A stretch of 64,000 nt of DNA, taken from a virus. Both the position numbers and the translations under genes were made by a program. Below the pieces are notes generated by a model. The model searched no databases. It was given only the letters and a program-made list of their open reading frames with translations, and was not told where the DNA came from. Shown here piece after piece: positions 39,978-47,189 of this stretch (its first letter is position 1; each line of letters begins with the position of its first letter). The stretch is taken from positions 32,001-96,000 of the IMG/VR virus record IMGVR_UViG_3300032242_002636. One strand, given 5' to 3'.

Positions 39978-40005
39978 ATTATACATTATGTTAAATAAAT
40001 TTCAA
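39978..40005 (-). promoter_or_regulatory. sigma70-type promoter TTGAAA-16-TATAAT heading the uvsY-uvsW-55-47-GT array operon
   Basis: Extended -10 (TGTATAAT) ending 11 nt before the ATG. Confidence 0.65.
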
Positions 40006-40263
40006 GTATTAGTTAAAACTATTTTAGAGAATATGAATGCTGCTGGTGCTGGAGGTGCTTTTGGTACTCCACAACAGGCAGTTTATGATCCTGCAAATCC
40101 TGTAAGTGGAAATACTTATGCTCCAAATGACAATCGTAATGTTACTGGTGCATATTTTCCTGCTAAAGGAACTAAGAAAGGAACTAAGAAAGGTAAAAAT
40201 AAGAATAAAAAGAAAGTAAAACCTTTGGTTATTCGTAGAACTCTTCAAAGGAAAACTTTTTAA
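39988..40263 (+). CDS. Small basic late protein, possible internal head protein
   Basis: CATAAGTA at 39964-39971 upstream. N-terminus MLNKFQVLVKTILE, Lys-rich C-terminus. Confidence 0.55.
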   Translation: MLNKFQVLVKTILENMNAAGAGGAFGTPQQAVYDPANPVSGNTYAPNDNRNVTGAYFPAKGTKKGTKKGKNKNKKKVKPLVIRRTLQRKTF

Positions 40264-40280
40264 TAAATATAATATATTGA

Positions 40281-41222
40281 TTAACAATATTGCCATTTAT
40301 ATCCATATGCAGTTTTTCTTTTACCTAAACATACTCTGACTATTGCTTGATATTTTGCGTTGTTATCTTTAGCTGCTTCTTTTATAGAGTTATATTCCTT
40401 TAATAAATTTCCATTTAAATCTATTTTTTTAACTTTTGTTTTATTAAAATTATGCAATTTTTTTAAATGATTTATAATTTTTATTGTTTTTTTGGGTGAT
40501 TTTCTGTTTATATGTTTTCTACCAGTATTTAATTTTCTAAAATAAATCGACCATTCTTTTTTTGTTTTTTGTGGTTTTTTATTTTTAATTTTTATTTTTT
40601 TTTCTTTTTTAATTTTTATTTTATAATTAAAATCATTATTGTTTTCAAATTTAAAAATAAATTCATTTTTGTATAGTTTATTATATTCATAAAAATTGTT
40701 TCTAAAATATACATCAGAGAATTTTTCAATTTTATACATCTCAGTCATAGATGAATATCTTTTAATTAAATTACCATACAAATCTGTTTTTAGTATTGGT
40801 TTTAATATTTTTTTATATTTTCCTAATCTATGGTTTTCTTTGTTTTTTAAACTTATTTTTATCTTTTCTTCTTTTGTCATTTTTCGTTTAATTGGAGGTT
40901 TGTTTCCTCCTTTATGTAAATTTAAACCTATTTTAGAACCATTTAAAACATTTGAATTGTATTTTTTAATATAAAAAATTTCTCTTGAGTTTAGATCAAT
41001 TTCATTACATTCTTCTAAAACTTCAAATTTATGGTTAATATACCCATATTTTTTAAAAGATTTAAAAATTAAACTGTTTTTATTTCTTTTTTTATAACAA
41101 TCATAGTCTCTCTGAAAATATTTATAAGAATTCCATCTAGAACATATGTTTTTTGATTGTCCTATATAAATTTTATTATTTGGTGATGTTATTTTGTATA
41201 TTCCCGTTATTTTTTTCATCAT
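40281..41222 (-). mobile_element. Free-standing GIY-YIG homing endonuclease with NUMOD1-type C-terminal domains
   Basis: GIYKIT..KIYIGQS..RW, REIFYI and C-terminal YNSIKEAA..VCLGKRKTAYGYKWQY. Extremely AT-rich. Confidence 0.9.
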
Positions 41223-41664
41223 TGTTACTTATACATGAAACCATATTTTCGTAATATTTTTTTAAACTTTTTGGAGGACGGTTAATTCTAACATTTAAAA
41301 TTCCATTATATGTATCATCTCTAAACAAAACATTATTTTCTATTTGTAATTTTAATTCTTCATATTTTAGTTGCCACTTACAGGTACATAACTTGAGTAT
41401 TGTTCTTTTAAAGTTTTCCTTACCATGTTTTTTAACATCTTTTTTCAATTCTTCACTACTACCATAGTAATCTTTCCAATCTGAGTCGCATATTTTTTTT
41501 CTTTTTCTTTTAAATCCTTTCAAAGGTTTTAATTTTATTGTTTTTTTTAACATTTTACATCCCCAATAATATTTTTTTTCTTTTTGTTTTGCATTTAATC
41601 TTTCGATCAAATAGACAAAACCAAACCAATCTTCCAAATTATCAGGTATATTTTCCCATTCCAT
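41176..41664 (-). CDS. GIY-YIG-like nuclease (conserved T4-like type)
   Basis: GFVYLI..KYYWGCK..SDWKDYYGSS..FKRTIL..E..YN pattern. Start at MEWE (41664), with TATAAGTA upstream. Confidence 0.72.
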   Translation of the reverse strand: MEWENIPDNLEDWFGFVYLIERLNAKQKEKKYYWGCKMLKKTIKLKPLKGFKRKRKKICDSDWKDYYGSSEELKKDVKKHGKENFKRTILKLCTCKWQLKYEELKLQIENNVLFRDDTYNGILNVRINRPPKSLKKYYENMVSCISNNDEKNNGNIQNNITK

Positions 41665-41669
41665 ATTTG

Positions 41670-41685
41670 TACTTATAGGTAAATA
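41670..41685. promoter_or_regulatory. Back-to-back late promoters (TATAAGTA on minus, TAAATA on plus)
   Basis: tacttata at 41670-41677 and taaata at 41680-41685, each 5 nt from a start codon. Confidence 0.55.
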
Positions 41686-41690
41686 TAACA

Positions 41691-42251
41691 ATGGCTAATA
41701 CATCTTGCATCTATTGTGGTTCTTCTTCATATGGAAAACCATGTCTTTTTTCTCCTACCGAAACACATGTTCATATGGATGAACCCGGTAAGTGCATCTA
41801 TTGTGGATCTCCTTATATAGGAACAGGTTGTATATGGAATCCTTATGGAAATGTTCATGTAAGAGGGCCAGAATATCTAAATAGAGCCTCTGTACAGAGT
41901 GAAAAAGCTGCTGTTTTATCATATATTTTCAATATTGCTAGTTCTCTTTTATCTGAAGAACATTCTTATACTTCTCCTTTAGATAGATTATATAAGAGAA
42001 TGGCTTCTATCATTGCTTCCGTAACAGAACCTCTTCTAGAGGCACTCTGTCTTCAAGAAACACCTACCTACGGAAAGCTCTCAAAGCCAGAACTCATAAA
42101 AACTGTAGAATTTAAAAACAAATTTAAAAAACAGTTGGAAGAATTTTCTGAAACTTTAAAAGAAGCTTCTTTGGCTTTACCACAGGAAATAGTTGAAAAA
42201 ACATTAATAGATGCTATAATGAATCTTGATGTTAGAAAAAACAAAGATTAA
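41691..42251 (+). CDS. Hypothetical protein with two CxxC-x8-C-x6/7-H zinc-binding-like repeats
   Basis: CIYCGSSSYGKPCLFSPTETHVH and CIYCGSPYIGTGCIWNPYGNVHV. Confidence 0.65.
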   Translation: MANTSCIYCGSSSYGKPCLFSPTETHVHMDEPGKCIYCGSPYIGTGCIWNPYGNVHVRGPEYLNRASVQSEKAAVLSYIFNIASSLLSEEHSYTSPLDRLYKRMASIIASVTEPLLEALCLQETPTYGKLSKPELIKTVEFKNKFKKQLEEFSETLKEASLALPQEIVEKTLIDAIMNLDVRKNKD

Positions 42252-42711
42252 GGATTTCCTAATCTATTATATTTCACAAAGAATTATAATATTCCCAATA
42301 TATGAGTATCTTCCTATACTTGCGAATACTATTATAAGAGATTTTCAAGAGTGGGATCTATTAGAAGGTAAGAAAATTACTCAAAAAGAGAAATACTTTA
42401 AATATTTCTTAGAAAAAGAACTTGACAAAATATTAGAAACGTTTATAATATTATTTAGGGACCTTAATATTAAAATTATTACAGTATATAAAGAAGTATT
42501 ACTAAATTCAGAATATTCAGAATTCTTCATAAATTATGAAAACTTTAGTAAAATTGTAAAGTATAAAATAAAGAAAAAAACCAAGTACTTCAGGGAAATA
42601 AAAAATGATTCTCTATTTCTCAATACTAAAGGATATTATAAAAATATAAGAGTAGGAATACCTAGTGGAGAAGACCTTGAATTTTTTATTAAACTTAATA
42701 AATTAAAATAA
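42226..42711 (+). CDS. Hypothetical protein
   Basis: 161-aa AT-rich ORF overlapping both neighbours. Confidence 0.5.
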   Translation: MMLEKTKIKDFLIYYISQRIIIFPIYEYLPILANTIIRDFQEWDLLEGKKITQKEKYFKYFLEKELDKILETFIILFRDLNIKIITVYKEVLLNSEYSEFFINYENFSKIVKYKIKKKTKYFREIKNDSLFLNTKGYYKNIRVGIPSGEDLEFFIKLNKLK

Positions 42712-43640
42712 TGGACAAATATTCAATTTTTCATATCGATGGTGGTTGTGGTAAATCAATAGTAGGTACTTCTGTTGTTAAATCAATAAAAGCAGCATAT
42801 CCTGAAAACAAATTAATCGTTGTAACAGCATATCCTGAAGTATTCCTTCATAATCCTAATGTTTTTAGAGTATATAAATTTGGAAATATTGCTTATTTTT
42901 ATGATGATTACATAAAAAATAAAGATACTAAAATTTTCAGAATGGAACCTTATCATTCTGGTGATCTTCTTTACAAAAAAAAGCATTTAGCGGAAATATG
43001 GTGTGATGTTTTTAATATTCCCTGTGTAACCACAAAACCAGAAATATTTTTAACTGAAAGAGAATTAGTTTCTGTTAATAAAGAATTAAACAAACAAGGT
43101 CCAGTATTGATTATTCAATCATCAGGAGGTGCTGAAAATCAAAAATATCCTTATTCATGGTCTAGAGATTTACCTTCTAATACTGCACAAGAAATTGTTA
43201 ATGAAGTTAAAGATAAGTTTAGTAAAGTCCTTCATATAAGAAGAAATAACCAATTAGAAATTAAAAATACAATTCAACTTTCTGATAATTTTAGAAATCT
43301 TTTTTGTTATATTTTCTTAGCTGATAAATTCTTATGTATGGACTCTTTTGTTCAACATGCAGCAGCAGCTTTTAATAAATCAGCTACAGTTGGATGGATT
43401 TCAAATTCACCTGTTGTATTTGGGCATGAAATTCATACTAATATAATTGCATCAGGAGAAGAATCATTCCGTCATCGTATTGATTCATATTTAGAATCTG
43501 AAGATTGGACAGGTGGAAGGCTTTATGAATGTCCTTATGATAATCTTTCTACTATTTTTAATAAACAAGATTTTATAGATTCTATTTTAGAAACAAAAAA
43601 AGAATTGCTTTTTCAAGAAAATCCAACTATAATATTCTAA
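42711..43640 (+). CDS. GT9 (heptosyltransferase-like) GT-B glycosyltransferase
   Basis: GG.G.SI..T.VVKSIK..YP, PEVFLHNPNV and DSFVQHAAAAFNK..PVVFGH motifs. Confidence 0.75.
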   Translation: MDKYSIFHIDGGCGKSIVGTSVVKSIKAAYPENKLIVVTAYPEVFLHNPNVFRVYKFGNIAYFYDDYIKNKDTKIFRMEPYHSGDLLYKKKHLAEIWCDVFNIPCVTTKPEIFLTERELVSVNKELNKQGPVLIIQSSGGAENQKYPYSWSRDLPSNTAQEIVNEVKDKFSKVLHIRRNNQLEIKNTIQLSDNFRNLFCYIFLADKFLCMDSFVQHAAAAFNKSATVGWISNSPVVFGHEIHTNIIASGEESFRHRIDSYLESEDWTGGRLYECPYDNLSTIFNKQDFIDSILETKKELLFQENPTIIF

Positions 43641-43641
43641 C

Positions 43642-44460
43642 ATGATATTTTTTAATTCCTCAATGCCGAGAAGTATGTCAACGCTTCTCCAATGTATTCT
43701 TAATCAAAATCCAGACATAGCAGCAACTCCTACCGATCCTGTTTTGGAATATCTTTTTGGTGCTAGGTTGAATTATACAAATACACCAGAGGTTAAGGCT
43801 ATGGATAAGGAGTTAGCCTTGAGAACATGGAGAGGATTTTGTTGGGGAGGATTGGAAGGATATGCAAATGCTTATTCATCCAAAGAACATCTTTGTATCA
43901 AGACAAGAGGAGGAACAATTCATTATAAATGGTTTGAGGCTTTCATGCCAGAAAAGCCAAAAATGGTTTGTATGGTTAGAAACCTTAAAAGTATTATTTC
44001 TTCAATGGAAAAAATCTATAGAAAGAATCAAGAATCCCATCAGGCAATTCAAAATCACTCTGAAATGAAAGGAACCAATACTCCAAAGCGTGTTGATGCT
44101 TGGATGGCTTCTCCACCAGTAGGAATGGCATTAGAACGCTTACAGCAGTGCTTCCTAGAAGGTATCAATAAAGAAGTTCTTTATATTAGAGCCGAAGATT
44201 TAACTTCCTATCCACAAAGAGAGATGGATAAGATTTACAAATATCTTGGATTTGAATCTTTCCAACATGATTTTGATAATGTTGAACAGAGTATTAAAGA
44301 AGATGATTCTGTTTATGGATTAACTTCTGATCTTCATACTATCAGACAAAAGGTACAACCTTTAACAAGCGATTATACACAGATTTTAGGTAATCAGGTA
44401 TGTGATTGGATTGATAACACTTATTCTTGGTATCAGAAGGGATTTGGTTATATTAAATAA
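43642..44460 (+). CDS. PAPS-dependent sulfotransferase
   Basis: 5'-PSB MPRSMSTLL..ILNQNP, 3'-PB VRNLKSIISS and RAEDLTSYP..IYKYLG motifs. Confidence 0.85.
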   Translation: MIFFNSSMPRSMSTLLQCILNQNPDIAATPTDPVLEYLFGARLNYTNTPEVKAMDKELALRTWRGFCWGGLEGYANAYSSKEHLCIKTRGGTIHYKWFEAFMPEKPKMVCMVRNLKSIISSMEKIYRKNQESHQAIQNHSEMKGTNTPKRVDAWMASPPVGMALERLQQCFLEGINKEVLYIRAEDLTSYPQREMDKIYKYLGFESFQHDFDNVEQSIKEDDSVYGLTSDLHTIRQKVQPLTSDYTQILGNQVCDWIDNTYSWYQKGFGYIK

Positions 44461-44528
44461 CTAAATAATCACTTATAAAGATATTTTAGTATAAATTAAT
44501 CTATAGATATATTATTATTTGTATATAA

Positions 44529-44534
44529 TAAATA
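44529..44534 (+). promoter_or_regulatory. Late promoter core TAAATA
   Basis: AATAAATA 12 nt upstream of the ATG at 44547. Confidence 0.45.
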
Positions 44535-44546
44535 TTATCAGATTAA

Positions 44547-46424
44547 ATGCATCTCTTTACAACATATTTTAAATCTACTAATCAAGAAAGACAAAAAGAA
44601 CTTGATTTTTGTATTAAAAAAAATTGCTTAAATGACATTATATCTAGAATAACTATTTTTCTAGATAGTAATACAACAGAAGATGATCTTTATAATTTGG
44701 GATTAGATTTAACAAAAATTGATTTTGTTAAAATAAATAGACTTCCAACATATAAAGATTGGCTTATTAATGGAATTAATTCAAATGAAGAGTTTTTAAT
44801 TTTTTCTAATGCAGACATTTATTTTAATGAAACACTAGAGGAAATTAAAAAATACCCATTAAATGAAAAAGCAGTAATGTGTATTAGTCGTTATGAAGAA
44901 ACCATAAACGGAATTGAAAAAACAAAATTTTCATTTTTTTCTCAAGATGTTTGGATAATAAAAAGAAAAAACATACCATCTATAACCTTTATAGATAATT
45001 TGAATATATCTACAGGTGTTGTTAGATGTGACAATAAATTTGCTTATTTTTTTGCATCTAATGGTTGGGATTTATATAATCCAGTAGAACATATAAAAGT
45101 CATACATAGACATGAATCAAATATAAGAACTTATGATTATTATAGTAAAGAAAATACTGGTTCTGTAGCATTTGTAGAAGAAAGTCACAATTATATGCCT
45201 TCTGAAGTTATGGTTAGAAACGCAAATGTTAATAATCTTAACTCTAATTATAGTTCTGGTGAAAATATTCCTTTTAATATTAAAACCTATATACATAGAG
45301 CTATTATTAATAGATACATTATAGCTAATGACTATGAAAGTTTAATAAAATATACACAAGAAGAAAATAGTCCCAAATTGCTTTCAATGGTAATGGAACA
45401 TTTAGATAAGCATAATGATTTGAACTTTGTAGAAATATGTAAAAATGCTTTACAAAAAAATAATACAGATATTAAAAATAATTTTTTTAAACCTATTTTA
45501 AGTCATTATAAAAAACAACATTTGAGTGGTTGGGGAATTATTAATTGTGAATTAGAAAATTTTAGTACTACAACTGATGCTATAAATTTAGTAAGTTTTC
45601 TTTCTCAATCTTATACTTTATATAATAATAGAATTGAATTTAAACAAACTTTAAGCAAACCTTGGATCGGTATAGAACATCTAACTAACTATATACCAGA
45701 ATATTACAATTTTGAAAATAATTCTCATAAATTATTTCAGAATATTAAAGATATTGGAGTTCTTGATACATGCAAAGGAATACTTTTTACCTCAGAAACT
45801 CAATTAAAAAATCAAATAAACAATCTTTTTTTAAATAATATAAAAAAAGATTTTATCTATCATCCTATTATTAGATGTAATTCAAGTATAGATTTTAATT
45901 TTAATTTGTTTTTAAATAATAAAAATAAGCAATTGATAAATTTGGGTTGGTATAATAGAAACTTTACAGTTTTTGAAAAATTACAAGTTCAAGATTATAA
46001 AAAAATATTTGTATTTGGAGGAAAAGATAGCAATTATAGATACAATATATTTCAAAAAGACTTGCAATACCATAATATTGATAAAGTGACAACAGAAATC
46101 GCTCCACATTTAAAGGATAATGAATTAAACGAATTATTATCCAATAATATAGTCTTTATTAATTTATATGATGCAGCAGCAAATAATGCTATTTTAGATT
46201 GTATTGAAAGATCAACACCTATAGTTGTAAACAGATTACCTGCTTGCGAAGAATATCTTGGCAAGGAATATCCTCTTTTTTATGATACTATAGATCAGGT
46301 ACAAGATTTACTTTCTTTTGAAAAAATATATCTAGCTCATTCGTATTTAAAAAATATCGATAAAACAAAATTTACAATGGAGTCTTTTATTACAAAGATA
46401 AATCAATTTGTTGAATCATTATGA
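44547..46424 (+). CDS. Two-domain glycosyltransferase-like protein (GT-A-like N-domain, GT-B-like C-domain)
   Basis: N-domain has SNADIYF, SQDVW and CDNKFA. C-domain has GWYNRN and DAAANNAILDCIERSTPIVVNRLPACEEYLG. Confidence 0.65.
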   Translation: MHLFTTYFKSTNQERQKELDFCIKKNCLNDIISRITIFLDSNTTEDDLYNLGLDLTKIDFVKINRLPTYKDWLINGINSNEEFLIFSNADIYFNETLEEIKKYPLNEKAVMCISRYEETINGIEKTKFSFFSQDVWIIKRKNIPSITFIDNLNISTGVVRCDNKFAYFFASNGWDLYNPVEHIKVIHRHESNIRTYDYYSKENTGSVAFVEESHNYMPSEVMVRNANVNNLNSNYSSGENIPFNIKTYIHRAIINRYIIANDYESLIKYTQEENSPKLLSMVMEHLDKHNDLNFVEICKNALQKNNTDIKNNFFKPILSHYKKQHLSGWGIINCELENFSTTTDAINLVSFLSQSYTLYNNRIEFKQTLSKPWIGIEHLTNYIPEYYNFENNSHKLFQNIKDIGVLDTCKGILFTSETQLKNQINNLFLNNIKKDFIYHPIIRCNSSIDFNFNLFLNNKNKQLINLGWYNRNFTVFEKLQVQDYKKIFVFGGKDSNYRYNIFQKDLQYHNIDKVTTEIAPHLKDNELNELLSNNIVFINLYDAAANNAILDCIERSTPIVVNRLPACEEYLGKEYPLFYDTIDQVQDLLSFEKIYLAHSYLKNIDKTKFTMESFITKINQFVESL

Positions 46425-47173
46425 ATAAGGTACTTTTATTAACACAAGCAAGACATGGATCTACATATTTTATAGATAATTTATTTAAAAAAGGTAATAT
46501 AGAACAATTTTATATGGAGTATGAATTATTTAAAGAATTTTATTTACAAGACCAAGATGGACTTTTAGGTTTTGTAAAAAGACATTCCTTAGTAAATTTT
46601 GAATTTGAAATTATACAATTAAAAAAATTAAGAAAAACAAATGAAAAAGAATATTTTAATACAATTTTTAAAATGTTAGAAAAAAATGCAAAAGAATATA
46701 ATACTAAAAACTATGGTTTTAAAATTTTTCCTTCTCATGTTTATGGAATGATAGGAAATAATAAAATAAATTTACAAGAAATAATTTCATTTGTAGATAA
46801 AATTATTATTTTAGACAGAGATGATATTGAATTTGCTTATTCATTTGCAAATGCTATTGTGACAAATAAATGGTCAATTTCTCAGAGACACGAAAAGAAA
46901 AGAGTTATTTTAAATAATGAGCAAATAAATAATATTATCAATCAAATTAAATTAAAAAAAAGATTTTTTGAAGAAGCAAAACAAATAATAAAAGAAACAA
47001 ATAAAGATTGTTTATATTTACATTATAACAATTTAGGCAAGTCTTATAAAGACATTAATAAATTTTTAAATATTGATTTAAAGACTTGGATTCCTTTTGA
47101 AAAAAGGAAATATGATTATGAATCTTTTTTAAAAGATAATCCAACCTTGTTAAATTTTTTTTATAAAATATAA
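46421..47173 (+). CDS. Sulfotransferase (Stf0-like)
   Basis: QARHGSTY 5'-PSB, GFKIFP.H and IILDR..AYS..A..W motifs. Confidence 0.7.
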   Translation: MNKVLLLTQARHGSTYFIDNLFKKGNIEQFYMEYELFKEFYLQDQDGLLGFVKRHSLVNFEFEIIQLKKLRKTNEKEYFNTIFKMLEKNAKEYNTKNYGFKIFPSHVYGMIGNNKINLQEIISFVDKIIILDRDDIEFAYSFANAIVTNKWSISQRHEKKRVILNNEQINNIINQIKLKKRFFEEAKQIIKETNKDCLYLHYNNLGKSYKDINKFLNIDLKTWIPFEKRKYDYESFLKDNPTLLNFFYKI

Positions 47174-47189
47174 AATTTTTAGTTCTTAT

